The notes beneath the pieces are model-generated. The model was given only the letters and a program-made list of their open reading frames with translations, made no database searches and had not been told where the DNA came from. Made by a program: the position numbers and the translations under genes. This document shows positions 27,913-42,336 of a DNA stretch of 64,000 nucleotides, piece by piece (within the stretch, counting starts at the first letter, position 1; every line of letters starts with the position of its first letter). This DNA comes from the human T2T-CHM13v2.0 reference genome, Homo sapiens: the NCBI RefSeq assembly GCF_009914755.1, contig NC_060932.1. One strand, 5' to 3'.

Positions 27913-28239
27913 AAACTTTTTTAAGTAAATCAAACCACACACACAAAGGACAGCAGCCACACTTCTTTACCAGTATCAGAAGATCTTTAACCGAGGGAGC
28001 GTGTGCATGTAGGCAGGAAGACCGTGCCTCTCTAGTCTTTATATACATGATCTCCTGCTGAAATTTAGCATGCTTTAAATATCAATGTGGACAACAAATT
28101 AGAGTGACAGGAGAGGCATCTCTGATTGTGTCATCAAGAGAAGTCACAGATTTTTCCTATTATGTCATAATTACCACACATGGCTAGAAATTTCATTAAC
28201 AACTAACAATTATTGTAGTAGTTATTGAACTGCTGCTAT

Positions 28240-28870
28240 ATGTTATTTAGTATATATTAGTTTTAGTATACATTAGTGTATGTTAATCATTAGTATATAT
28301 TAGTATATGGATTAACATATACTAATCTAGCCATGTGTGGTAATTATGACATAATGGGAAAAAATCTGTGACTTCTCTTGATGACATAATCAGAGATGCC
28401 TCTCCTGTTAATCATCACTACATGTTAGTATATGCTAATCATGATGATTAACATATACTAACATGTAGTGATGATTAACACATACTAGTATATGGATTAA
28501 CATATACTAATATATACTAATGATTAACATATATTAATATATGTTAATCATATACTAACATATACTAATGATTAACATATACAAATCTATACTAAATATG
28601 TAATTATACACTAAATATTACCATATAATCATATACTATATAATTATTATATATTTAGTATATATAATATTATTTAATATAATACTATATATTAAGTACT
28701 AAATATATAGTAATAAATATATATAATATAGTAATAAATAACATATAAACATATAACTATATACTTAGTATATAATTATATAGTAATAATTATCTAGTAT
28801 ATTATATATTTAGTATAAAATAATTATATACTAATATATACTAAAATTATTATATATAATAGTGTATAAT
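28240..28870. repeat. AT-rich low-complexity patchwork with palindromes
   Basis: Recurrent TGATTAACATATACTAA units in both orientations grading into (TA)-rich sequence. Confidence 0.85.
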
Positions 28871-30623
28871 TTCGAGCAATATATTGAAAACTGCATTTTT
28901 AAAATTTTATATTTAAAATTTATATTCTAAGAGTGTGAGTCATCAGATTTCCAAAGAGGTTTGTGGCACAAAAATGGTTAAGAACCAAAGACTTAGGTTG
29001 GTATCGTATCAAAGGGGAAGGGACCTTACAGCTCCTACATGAAGGATTTGGGGTTCATATATGAGAAATGTCAACTTAAAATTAGGATAGGAAATACTTG
29101 TCTCAAAATATTACTGATTATCCTCGGATTCCTCCTTGGAGGTCCTTGGTTTATCCAAACAGAATATGCTCCAACCTAAAGGCGGAGGTCAGGATCAAAT
29201 GAACTCTTTAAGGTTTCTATCGTCCTAAGTCCTATTACTTTGTAATTTGATCTATCCATATGCTTAACTGCTACTTTACCAAATATAAGTCTGAGTAAGT
29301 TCTTTTCTTCCTCAGTGACAGTGAAACTGTTACATGCAGATGGATACACTCCACTGCTCACAATGTGGGTGGATTTGCTCAATAAGCAAAATCCTTAAGT
29401 CTAAATGAATTTTCTAGAGAGACACTACTTCAATGTTTCTGAATATATAATCACAGACAAAATACATTTTATAATTTTTACAGAATGTATAAAATGCTAA
29501 CAAATTTTCAAAATGTGATACATTCAAAACGTAGCTTTTTGCCACATTCAGATGTAATAGATGCATTCTGAGGTTAATTAAAATGCTATCTTCCATACCA
29601 AAGTTAAAGAAGGAGTCAGTTAGGTCTTCTGTGGGATTTCACAAGGAATGTTTTCTCGTGTTTTTTTAATTTTTCTTTTCTCCCCATGAACTCAGCCACA
29701 GCTAAAATAAATCTAGAAATATGTTCATTGTGTTTATGAGGGTTGAATGTAACCAGCTTCTAGCCCTGGGGAACAACCTTGGTGTGGTTTGGCTAACCAT
29801 GCGGATGTGACTTGGCTAACTTCACTGCTTGACATCAGTTCAAGCAGTTGAAATTTGTCTTGCAGTTGATTTTGCAATATAGTCAAATATGGCCCTAATC
29901 TCTTTGTGATCAGCTCATTACATCAATATGGAAATCCATAGGCATGTCCCTCTGAAGCCTTTTGTAGGTGGGTAGGGAGAGAGCGAAGTAGATTTTAGCC
30001 AAGTGACTGTGAGACATACCACTTTCAGGAAAAGAAAAAAAAAGAAAAAAAAAAAACATAGACATTCAAATTAACAATGGGTCAAGAATGACCAGGGTTT
30101 GTTAGCTGCCATTTTCCCATCTCGCAGGTGTAGTCACCTGTGCCGGCTTTCTACCGCCTTTCATTCTTCCCAAGCTCAGTTATATCATAAAAACATTCTA
30201 ATATTAGATCTCTACTGACCAGACTCTCCTAAGCTCCCGGTGAGAAAACACTAAAATGTTGTCAGATCTCCAAGTTTCAATGATGAAAATGAAAACTGTG
30301 TAAAGCACCCACAGCTTGGATGAAAGTATGCAACAAGAATTAGGAATACCAAACAGTAAACTTGTGGAAAGAGACGTAATAGATTCTTTCTCTCAGGGCA
30401 GGTTTTGTGGAGCCCATGACAGTACTGATGAGTAAATTTGCTTGCATTAAGGCTCCTGTCCCTGAGAGTGAAAATATAAAATGAAAAGTCACTGAGAAAA
30501 ATGGCAAATACAAGGGGATAATGAAGCTTCTTTTGTGACAGAAGATTTCCCTGCCAAACAAAGAAAGAAAATTATTTAAGAGGTTCTGTTCATACGGGAA
30601 CATCACGATTGATTACAAATATG

Positions 30624-30971
30624 TATACACACACAATTTATTTTGCAAATATAGTCTTGCACACACACACACACACACATACACATGTAGATATATCACA
30701 ATGAACTAACAAACTAAACTCAGTTATGCACTGCACATATATAAGACTATATAAATTGTACTAACAAAATAATAACTGCAGACTGCATATATATGTAAAT
30801 ATATATGTTAGATAACTAACCAATACATATATATGAAGTCTCTTTCTCTCTCTCTGTACGCATATAGTTAGTTACAGTTAGTTACAAATTGTATATATAT
30901 ATATATATATGACTATACATATTATACCAACTAAATACTAATACTGTAATTGCAGATTGCATGTGTATATA

Positions 30972-31009
<38 letters not shown>

Positions 31010-31130
31010 GCCTACAACTAACCAGTAATTGTGGACTGTATTTATATATAATGTTATTATATATATATGTATCATAACCCTAACCCTTTATATATATTAT
31101 ATATATATACACACACACACATATATACAT
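30624..31130. repeat. Compound (CA)n/(TA)n/(TG)n microsatellite cluster
   Basis: Visible dinucleotide runs at about 30660, 30893, 30972 and 31090. Confidence 0.9.
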
Positions 31131-31149
31131 TAGTTACAGACTTAACTGG

Positions 31150-31682
31150 CCACTCTTTGCTTTCTACCAACCATCCTTTTTCTGCCTTTTTAACAGAACT
31201 TTGATTTGTTCTATAGCCCGTGGAATCCATGTGGTTATGGAGCCTCTCCTCCCTGCCAGGTGCAGGATTCAGTTCCAGTTGTCTGAGCCAATGATGATGA
31301 TTGTTTTCCTTTTACCACAGTTGGCCAGGAATCCAAGCATAAGATGTTCAGCACAGAGCACTATTCTGAAAACTCTTGATAGTCTCAAGGTAATGAGCCC
31401 AGAAGACGTGGTTTCTATTCTAGGTTCATGGGAGAGGTTTCTCCCTCTCCCTCTGAACATGGATGTGGATACTGGTATTTCACACCGATTGCAACAGGAA
31501 GACAAGCAGTCTGAAGACAAAGCTGATGCCCCCAGAGACAAAGAAAAGAAAAGGAACTACAGGGCACTGATCATACTGCCCAGCCAATCATCCTACCAGG
31601 TTATATCATTTCTTTCTTTTTGTTTAACCTGATGCCAGGCAGAATTTTTGCTTAAGTGCAGCTGAAAGCTCTTTACTGATAC
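31150..31682 (+). mobile_element. Old MLT1 (J/K/L-like) MaLR LTR
   Basis: TAACAGAACTTTGATTTGTT, GTCTGAGCCAAT; ends TGCAGCTGAAAGCTCTTTACTGATAC. Confidence 0.6.
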
Positions 31683-31819
31683 GTGGTTTTTATGTAACTC
31701 TCATCTTTTATCTTTAGTAATTTCGCAGTGATATCTTAAACACCTTGCCATTTCACTGGCAAATTTAAGTTATTCTTCTCCAAATTTCCTCCCAAAATCC
31801 TACTAAACGTTTTCAGCAT

Positions 31820-32245
31820 GGCATGTACTGACTTTGCTTTGCAGACATTGATCCTCACTGATCTTCCACACAAAATTTTGCCATGTGCCCTGTACCTGCT
31901 ATTGCCCCAACCCAGAGCTTTGGCCATTCAACACACCCTACACCAATTCCTTTCCTCACCAGGCAAACGTGTCAACTCCTCCTTCATGTCTCAGCCCAGC
32001 TTTCTCTGTAGGAGATTTTCCAGACCATTTTCTCTTCTTTCCACTGCTTGTGACCATTACACTTTGACAAGCAAAGTGCTCCTAAGACAATCTTCCTCTT
32101 GCTCCTAGTTCTCATCATATTGCAGAAAAATGTACGTTTGCTTATTAATTTTCCTAGCTGTGAACTCCTAGTGGATATGAATGATGTTTTTCTTTTTACC
32201 CTTAGGGTCTGGCACATAGTATTTGCTCAATATTTTTTTCTTGAA
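31820..32245 (+). mobile_element. L2 3' end
   Basis: CTGTGAACTCCTAG...TCTGGCACATAGTATTTGCTCAATA. Confidence 0.55.
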
Positions 32246-32689
32246 CTATATTACATGGAAATACTGTTTGGAATGCATTTAATTTAATGAGAAAAATGTG
32301 TTTCCTGAAGGCTATCAACCTGTATGTAAATGGATAATTCTGAAATAATTGCAAGAATAAAATATAATGTCTACTTTAATAAACATGTTTTGAAAAAAAG
32401 GTGACGAAAATAACCCTGTCTACTTGACACAGCGGGACAGTTGCTGAAGTGGTTCTTGAATGTTTACGCAAAGTAGATATTTCTATGGGATTTCCTGTCA
32501 CTTCACCTGATTTGTGTGCTTTGGAAGCTACATGTTTAGTGAGTTTTGATTGTAAGGTCAGCAATACGAGTCTGGGCAGGATAATTTTGTTTCTTTTTTT
32601 CTTTTTTCTCCCTCTCTTCCTCTCTTCTAGTTTCTCTTTTCTTGATTATCAATGACACTTGCTCAATACCATTCATTAATGACAGCAGT

Positions 32690-33055
32690 TGTATTAGTCT
32701 GTTTTCATGCTGCTGATAAAGACATACCCGAGACTGGGTGATTTACAAAAGAAAGATGTTTAATTGGACTCACAGTGCTACATGGCTGGGGAGGCCTCAC
32801 AATTATGGTGGAAGGCAAGGAGAAGCAAGTCACATCTTACGAGGATGGCAGCAGACAAAGAGAGAGCTTGTGCAGGGAAACTCCCATTTTTAAAACCCTC
32901 AGATCTCGTGAGACCCATTCACTATCACAAGAACTGCATGGGAAAGACCCACCCCATGATTCAGTCATCTCCGACCTGGTCCTTCCCACAACACATGGGC
33001 ATTATGGGAGCTACAAGATGAGATTTGGGTAGGGACACTGAGCCAAACCATATCA
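32690..33055 (-). mobile_element. THE1 (THE1A-like) MaLR solo LTR
   Basis: TGTATTAGTCTGTTTTCATGCTGCTGATAAAGACATACCCGAGACTGGG...GAGCCAAACCATATCA; TSD GCAGT/GTAGT. Confidence 0.93.
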
Positions 33056-33649
33056 GTAGTTATTAAAGGCTTTTTATGGTTTGCCATTTTTATATTTAGA
33101 ATAGAAGCTCAAGACAAGAGTTGCAAATGCACACTATGCTAACATACTAAGCTAGTCCTTTTCAAGGCTCATTGCATATTCTTCCTCTGCCTGCAGTTAC
33201 TTTTCTCATAAAGATTCATCCTCAGATATACTCATGGCTTCTTTTGCATGTAATTCATCTAGTATTGGCATAACACAACTAATATCTGGAAATTAAAGAC
33301 ATGGCTATATAAAATCTACCAATGATGGATTGAAGATTTAATGTCAGAAAACAACCTTTCTCGATTTGCCGTGTGTGTTGTGATTCATAAATCCTCCCTT
33401 ATGATATCTTTGCATGTAGTAAGGAAATTAAAAAACCTCTCTTACAAGATAAGGTGTTTGTACAGATTCAATAGTAAATCACATGTAAAATCACTTTGCA
33501 AATTAAAATGATACTTAAATCAAAGTAAGACTATCTACAGTAAAGTCCTTAACACTTTTCTTGCAAAAGAAAACATGCCATATTATATACATTTGTGAGG
33601 TAATTCAATTACTATTTATTTTAAAACTGAAGTGCTATGGAACAGATTA

Positions 33650-33990
33650 AGACCACAGACTGCTTGGACTTTGGACTTTTTGCTTAGTAGCAATATAAAT
33701 TTGGGCGAGTTGTTCAATGCCTTTGGGTTCAGTTTGCTTACCTGATGATGATAATAATGTCATTACTCATGAAGCTATTATGACAATGAAAAAGAGTTGA
33801 TGCAGGTCAAGTCCTGACACATATCAGTTACCTGCTAATTATTCGTTGAGAATACGAGCATCAGTTTCTCCTGCTAGACTTCATGCTTCAAGACAGGAAT
33901 CATTTCTGTTTAGCTTGTCTCAGGGTCTCTGGCACCTAGTCCAGTGCCTGATGTTTTGCAGACCTTCAGATACAGTTTGAAGGAATGTGT
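33650..33990 (+). mobile_element. MIR fragment followed by an L2 3' end
   Basis: TTGGGCGAGTTGTTCAATGCCTTTGGGTTCAGTTT; then TCTGGCACCTAGTCCAGTGCCTG. Confidence 0.5.
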
Positions 33991-36231
33991 AAATCCTGAA
34001 GGAACTCATGATTTTGAGTGTAACGGTTTTCTTCTGATAAAGCAGTGGGAGAAACCAGAGAGTGAGGTGAAGCCTAGCGAAGGAGCAGATTACCAGAGGT
34101 GGGAATTAGTTCCAAGACTTAAAGGAAGTTAGAGACCAGGATGGTGGCTGCCTCCGGAGGTGGCTTTTGCTGCACTCTTCTTTGATAAGGCTATGACTTT
34201 AGACCCTGCACCTTTATACCGCATTCTTTCTCCTTTCTCCCTCAACCTATGCTTTCAGATGTCCTCATGATAGATTTCATATTTCCCTTCTCAAAATCTG
34301 CTCTCTGTAAATCACCTAAAACTTTTATACATTTTTTGAGAAGTTAAGATACTGTGTTATCTTTCCCTACTAATATTTCAGGTTTAACTCTTTTATTATG
34401 AAAAAAAAAGTGAACACACTAAAAGAAACCTTATTCTCATGGTAATAGATAGCAGATATCACAAGTGGACAGTAGTATTATTTTGCCACTCAAGAAGATA
34501 ACTTTTCATTTCTTGTTGAATTCAACTCAACTGACTATTTCACATTTTTATGTTTTTATACAGTTGATCCTGGATATAGATAGAGACCTGTCTGCCAGTT
34601 TTAAAAGCTGACTAAGCTTTATGATTTAAAGTAATATATCACAGGAGAATCAGTGGAAACTGAGAAGAATATGGATTTATTTGTGAAGTTAATAACCACC
34701 TTTGCATGATACCTTGGTGAATAGATTTTTACAAAATATGTTCTCTGTTTTGTTCTGCACAAAATTTTCATTAGCATCGTCTTATAGATGAGGAAGATTA
34801 ATCACAGATCAAGTGATTACTTTTAAGCAGATTAATGGTGTCATTCCTGGCAGCAGCCTCCCATACTTTGTGTTTTTTCTGGGCTACTTCACATTTTATA
34901 TTCTAGCTTCCCATTAGAGCAAGAGTCTCTCTGCTGGAAGGAATTGAGCCCTGCTGTATTATACTAATGTCTTAGAGGAGCAACCACTTACTGCTCCAGT
35001 TGAGGAGTCAAAGAGGAGACCTTCGGTTTGATATGGCCATGACCAGCAATGTGCAGAGGATATTCAAAGGAAAAAAAAAAGACTTTCATAAAAATCCATT
35101 AATAAAGACTCAGTTCCGATAGGGTGAGCTCTGAGCTAGGAATAGAGCAGAAGCAACCATGTGGGATTAAAGTCGTGCACGTCTAACAGAAGAGGACCAG
35201 GATGGAGGCAGTGCAAAGAGAAGAGAGTGCAATGCTGGTGGCCACAGAATTAAGGGTCCTCAACTTCCCTCGTTTAGGAGCGATTGGGAACTGATAGTGG
35301 GGTTCACTAAAGGTCTGATTTCAGAGTACACTTATCATAATACCAGATCATTTTAATTGTGTTTTCTTCATATAGTAACAAGTTAAAACACACACATCCT
35401 AAAAACTGGTCTGGGGAAGTTGCCTTGACTGTAAGCTCTGAGGAAGGACAGGTTATTTCTTGCTTGCTCTTAAGTCTTCGACAACCACCTTGCATTCCGT
35501 TATATTATATGCGTTCAATAAATATGTGTCAAATAATAGTATGTTTTCTGCAACTCCCTTCTCTAGTGACCAGCATACAAATGTGTGCAAGTGAACATTT
35601 AACAGAAATTGAAGTAAAGGAAAAACATTACAGCACAGCCCTGTTGTTGAGAATTCTTGACTTATTTTTTGAGATTTTGTGAAAAGGTTGATGCCTCAGA
35701 TCTTCTCTCATAGCCTAATACTTTACAAAAAAATCCCTGTATAATTCAGGATTGATCTTAGTGACAGTCATTTGAATAAAAGGCTTCGAGTTTTATGTTT
35801 CCATAATTAACTTTTTAAAATTCATTTTGGGCAGAATGGTGTTAGTTCACAAAGATGGTATTGGACGAGGGATTTGGTTTATCATTGCCTGAATGTAAGA
35901 AAGAAGGAAAAGGTAGATAAAAAGGAAATGGGTGAGATATCTCTCATTTGATGCTTAAAAGTATCCCTCCCATGGATGAACAAGTTGTCCAAAAACTAAC
36001 CCGTGCCCCACAAATTGCTCTTTCATACAACACCAATTCAAAAAGTATTTGTTGGGTGCCTGCTATGGTCCTGCAGAAGTATAAATAAAATAGACAAAAC
36101 TTCTGATGTCAAGTACTTTCCCTTCAGGTAAAAATGTATAGACTATTAGATAATACTAGGGAGAAAAATAAAAGGCAAAAAGGTGCAATAGTGTTTCGCC
36201 AGCAGGTGAAATGGAGCTGGTATTCTCTCTC

Positions 36232-36540
<309 letters not shown>

Positions 36541-36734
36541 TGGTATTCTCTTAATTTTCCATAAACCTTACGCTGAAAAAGGAAGAGTCTTTTCCTAAAA
36601 CAGGAAAGTGAGGAAATTAGGCAAATGACTAATTGTATTCAGAATATAAAAGAACTAACAGCTCAACATCTGCATACCATAACATCAGATAATTTAGTAC
36701 TTGCTACAACAAATACATCATGAAAACATAGATT

Positions 36735-36960
36735 AATAATGATTGAGAACTTACTATGTGCCAGATATTCTGCTAAGTAAGTACTTTACATGTATTAATT
36801 CATTTAATACAAAACCCAGGGGTACAGGCACTACCATTATTCTCATTTCATAGTGAAGGGCATTGAGTCTTGGAGAAGTCACATGACTTGTCCAAGACAA
36901 ACAGCTGTTAAAGGGTAGAGCTGATATTTCAACTCCGCAGCCACTTCAAAGTCAAAACGT
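36735..36960 (-). mobile_element. MIR
   Basis: TTGAGAACTTACTATGTGCCAG, TTTACATGTATTAATTCATTTAAT and TGACTTGTCCAAGAC. Confidence 0.75.
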
Positions 36961-37560
36961 CATACTGCTACCAGAGAGTCATTTAGATTTGTATTTGCTT
37001 TGTTCTTGCCTTTTCTCATGAAATTCTTAGGGCTGGAAAGCCTTTTCCCTTAGTAGATGAACTAAGAAAAGATGATCATCAAGTAAATTTATCAGCTACT
37101 CTTATAACATTTTCTAGTTATCACAAAAACATCCCAATTACTTACCTAGGAGACATTTTCATCCTCAAAGGATGATGAGTTAGCCTTAGATATTCCTCTG
37201 TCCTCATGGCCCCTTCCTGTGTTGATCAGAAAAATCCCTATCTCTCTGACATTAAAAGATTAAGCAGGCAAAAGTATTTAATTGGAGAACATCAAAGGAA
37301 AAAGTTTCTGAAGACTTCATCATTCTCTTAACACTAGGCTAACAAGCCCTTTTTACCCTTCTATGTTTTAAGGGAAAAAAAATCACTTGAAATAAAGAAA
37401 GGATTTGCTTTGTATTTTTCTTGTTTGTTTTTTCAAGTATTTTAGAAAACAGAGAAGAGGATTAAACTACTCTGTGCATTTGAAATGGAGATAAAACTAC
37501 CATCAACAGGGAGTTCTAAATTGATCCTTCTGAAGAAATTGCCTCACAGCCCAAATCCTA

Positions 37561-37892
<332 letters not shown>

Positions 37893-37954
37893 CCAAATCT
37901 CAATAGACCCCCATTCAGTTCTAGTTATTTTGTCAGTTACCTCTCTGCCCCAAA

Positions 37955-38014
37955 GACACGCACACACACATACACACGTATACACACACACACACACACA
38001 CACACCACACATAC
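37955..38014. repeat. (CA)n microsatellite
   Basis: Interrupted CA run, directly visible. Confidence 0.9.
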
Positions 38015-39199
38015 AAAAAGCTTTTTTAAAACCATAATTTCTATTACATGAAAATAAACTTTTTTACTTTCTTTGAAAAAAGAGTTAAACTTTTCATACG
38101 ATAAAACTTACCACACATTTTTCACAGGCGTATTTCTCCATTCAGAAACTTCTATTCATTTCATTTGTTAATTAGAAAAAAAAAGTATGATATAAAGTAT
38201 GGTGTAATAGTATCATAGTGCTGGGTCTTAACATAAACTTGCTTTGGGATACTGCTTTTTGTGTTTTTTTTTTTTTTCTGTTATTTTTTCTGTTATTTAC
38301 ACTGAGCTTTGTAAAACTGAAATATTAACTCTGCTTTATTGACCTAAATTTCTTTACCTTTAAATTCATGATTTTTTTTCAAAAGCAGCATATTAAAACT
38401 TTTTAATTTTGAAATAATTATAGGCTCACAGAACGTTGCAAAAATAGTACATAGAGACTTGCATACTCTTCACTTAGCTTCTGTTAACGGGAACAAAAGA
38501 AGTGGAGTTTAGCATTTGTTACCCACCACTTTATTGCTCTAGTAATTTGCTCCTCCGTTTCCTGACTTTTATGTAATAAAATAAATACAGTACCTGAGGA
38601 CTTATGTGGGACTGCTACAGAGTAATAAGAAATATTTTTAAGGTATTTAATTAAAATATGTCCTCCGGTTCTTCCAAATATAACTCTAATTAAAGCCTAT
38701 GCAAGTTATGGACACACAGGCTTTTAGATGTATGAGGCACTTTAAAAAGTGTAGCTATTTTATCCTGAAAAGTAGCTTCTACATCAATGTACTTACTTAT
38801 CACAGAAGAAGAGAAATTTTTTCCAGCTGGCTTTGGCTAAGTAAATCTAACAGAGACCTCTGTGGCTTGAGAAGGGGCTTTGTGAGGTTGATTCTCTGTG
38901 AGATGGATTCTATTCAATACAGAATTGTTGAGGGCGATGCTTAAGACAGAAAAATAATATGGACTGTAATAAAATAGGGAGTAACCATGCACATTTGCAA
39001 CCAAACTCCCCCCCTACAAAAAAAATAACCAGCAGTTACCAGCAAAAACGTGATTCAGCGATGTGATTAAATGCAGAGATTTATTTACAAAAAAAGGGTA
39101 AAAAAGAAAACACAAAACATAACTAGTATTGGCTGGTGAGACTTGGCAGGGCAACCCGCATCATTGTTCCAGCATTGGAACATTGTTCCACCCTCTTAA

Positions 39200-39470
39200 T
39201 CCAAAAGCATTCTAGTGTGTTGGCTCCCAGCTCACGCCCTGACCGTGGACTGATCCGGCCTGCCCTGAGGTTACCTTCCCTGCTCATCAGGTGTGAGGAC
39301 CTGGGCAAGTCACTGCACCTCTCTAGGCTTCATTGTTCTCTCCTGGAAAATGGGACCTGGCACCAGGACTTAAGCACAGGTTTGCGGTAAGCATGTGGTG
39401 ACCTAGTGAAAGGCGCGCTTACCATCATCCCTGGTATGCTAAGCCCCTAGTACGTGTGGCTGTTTGAATC
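39200..39470 (+). mobile_element. MIR
   Basis: GGACCTGGGCAAGTCACTGCACCTCTCTAGGCTTCATTGTTCTCTCCTGGAAAATGGG. Confidence 0.65.
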
Positions 39471-40259
39471 ATCTGCTTCATCATCTTTTAAAGCAATGTT
39501 GCTTCTAATCCGCATTTTGGTCCTAAAGGGCCCTTGACTTTCAGGAGGATTTTTGTTGGCATGGATTTGTTTAAATGAACGTAATGCAACGGTAAGTGTG
39601 TTTACCTTTCAAAGTGTTTAATATGAAAACGAATACATATATGCTGGAGGGAGATAAATAGGAAAAGGGCACCGTAATTTCAAGCCCAGCTCCAGCAGGG
39701 CTCTTCATCGGGTTTGGTACAGTCACTTCCCTATGGCCGCAAGGTCCTTCCCTGTGAATGCCGGGCCACGGCTCACGCTCCTTCCTCTTCCTCCTTGCTC
39801 AGAAGCAGGGCTCACCTCTGCTCTCATTGAGCTTTGAAAGGAGTTGCCAATGGGGGTAATGATTGAGGCCCTGGGCATTTAAAATCTGCTGAATTATCGA
39901 CATTACCATAAATCTGAGACAATAACTGTGTTGTTTGTGTTTTTCACAGTCTCAACTTTAGTAATAGTTCAATCACTTTCCTCAGTCCCAAATGTCGTGA
40001 ATATTATTTCTGCTTGGGAATAGTTGTGGAAGCTTTCTTCGTCATCACAATCAAGAAATATTTTAAAACTTAATTTCGGAAAAAAAAAATCAGATATGTA
40101 AAAAAGTCGAGTGAATAGCATAATGACTCCCATCTGTCTATCACGCTGACTCAAATTTTTTTTCAAAATTTTGAACAATGACTTCAACATTTTATTATAT
40201 TTGATCCATATATCCAATTAAAAATGATCAGATATTTTTAGTTATTATTTTCTCTACTA

Positions 40260-40865
40260 ATGACTTTATTGACATATTATTGCCAAATAAAAATTGTATG
40301 TATTTAAGCTATACAACTCAATATTTTGAGATATATATATGCTCTGTAGACATTGTGAAATGATCACCATAATCAAATTAATTAATACATCTATTACTTC
40401 ACATAATTAACTTTTTCTTTGGTACGGTGAGAAGACTTAAAATCTGTGTCTTAGCAGTTTTCAACTATACAATACAATATTGTTAACTACAATCATGGCG
40501 TTGTACATAGATCCCAGTAATTATTTTTAATTGGCACAAAATAATTGTACATATTTATGGGGTACAGTGTGATATTTTGATACATGGGTATAAGATTTTA
40601 TGATCAAATAAGGGTAATTAGTAAATCCATAGCCTCAAACATTTATCATTTTTGTGTTGAGAGTATTCCAAATATTCTCTTCTAGCTAGTTGAATATATA
40701 CAACAAGTTGCTCACTCTAGTTACACTATAGTGCTGGAGAACATTATAGCTTAATCCTCCTACCTGGCTTCAACGTTGTATCTGCTAGCCAACCTCTCAC
40801 TCTCCCCCTCTTTCTCCTACCCTTTCCTGCTTCTGTCACCATCCTACTCTCTACCTCTATGAAAG
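40260..40865 (-). mobile_element. Two adjacent L1MA-type 3' ends
   Basis: 40260-40518 has ACATTGTGAAATGATCACC and GGTGAGAAGACTTAAAATCT; 40520-40865 has ATAATTGTACATATTTATGGGGTACAGTGTGATATTTTGATAC. Confidence 0.8.
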
Positions 40866-42336
40866 CAACCTTTAAATATACTTTTTAAATAGGGTACTTT
40901 GAAGCAAATAACAGATATTATGTCATCCTAGTCCTGCATACATCAACATACATTTACAAAAATTGGACATCTTCTTATATAACCATAATATATGTATTAA
41001 ATTAATAAAGTCAACAATAATTTATTTTTACCCATTCCATAATTACATTTTTTTTAAGATTTCTAGTATTATGCTATTTTAACACTGGTTTGTTTGAATC
41101 AGGATCCAAACAAATCTACTATAATAATGAAGTATATTTTAAATGAAAGAAGGATCTCAACACAAACAGGATGTTAACAGAAAATTATGGATACACATAT
41201 AAATTAGAAATTTCTGTTACATCACTTTACAATGGAAACTGCAATACTCAAACTGTGTGATGAAACTTACACACACGGAAACTCAAGCTGTAATATGAAA
41301 CTCAGCCAGGAGGGGGAGCAGAGCACTAAATGGCTTTCTTTTCACCACATCTAACACCTTGGCGTTCACTAAATTTGGGAAAAAGATAAAATATCTTGTT
41401 GCCGGGGCACAGCTCTGGAAAATGTAATAATATAATTCCTGTTCATCAAAATTTGAAAAGAAAATGAGAGTTCTAAAATGGGAAAAAAACATAATTGATA
41501 CTAATTAGCAAGAAAACTGTTTATACTTGAGTATGCTTAATTTGTTGGTCATTACGCAAAGTCCAAAACAAACAATGCTAAAACAGAGGAAGTTGACCAT
41601 ATAATGTCCAATCTCCTGGCATATCATAAACCATGTTGCGCTTTAGCAATTGTCAAGTGTTTACAAGTCATAGATCATACGTACCCTTCTCTCATCACTC
41701 AAAATGCTGCCATGCACATTAAACAAAGCAAACAAAAGTCACTGTTTAGTGTAACTACACGTAACAACACTGCAGTGAGCTACAGTTGCATTCATTCATT
41801 CATTCATTCAAAAGATATTTGTAAAATGCCTAGGCATTTCACTGGGCATTGCAGGAAACCTAAAAGATAAATACGAAGAGTTTTCCTTAAGTTATACTTA
41901 AGAATTTCAAGGAGGGGGAGAAGTGCTGTTTCACATTTTGATGTTGATATGCTGAGTCATGCAGTGCTGCTGAACTTATGCCAAATTTTCACTTTTGAGA
42001 AAAGTTGAATAATTGGGAAAGTTATATTTTCTTATAAGTGGAAGTGGTTGGAATTTATGCAGTTCTTTAAAAATATATATTACCCTGAAAATATACCCTA
42101 TGAAGGTTAACAAATTGCTCGATGCAAGAACTAATGCATAAAGAAATTATTGAAATAAGTATGCAAACAAAAATGAAAATGCTTATTATATGAAGAACTT
42201 TTAATGATTGGATGCATATCAATGTCCAGTGCATTTTGGGAAATATAATCTTCATTAGGGCAGTGCAAAGCTCCAAACTATTAATTAAAATAAAACTTCA
42301 TGTTGTGACGTATAGATAAAAACTAAATTTCAGATA

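Noticed and set aside
28240-28870. CRISPR-like or satellite array
   Set aside because: No constant repeat with unique spacers, units occur in both orientations, and the DNA is human.
31075-31086. (TAACCC)2 telomere-like repeat
   Set aside because: Only two units, which is expected by chance.
31201-31632. 143-aa ORF
   Set aside because: It lies within an old MLT1-like LTR, has a non-ATG start and shows no recognisable domain.
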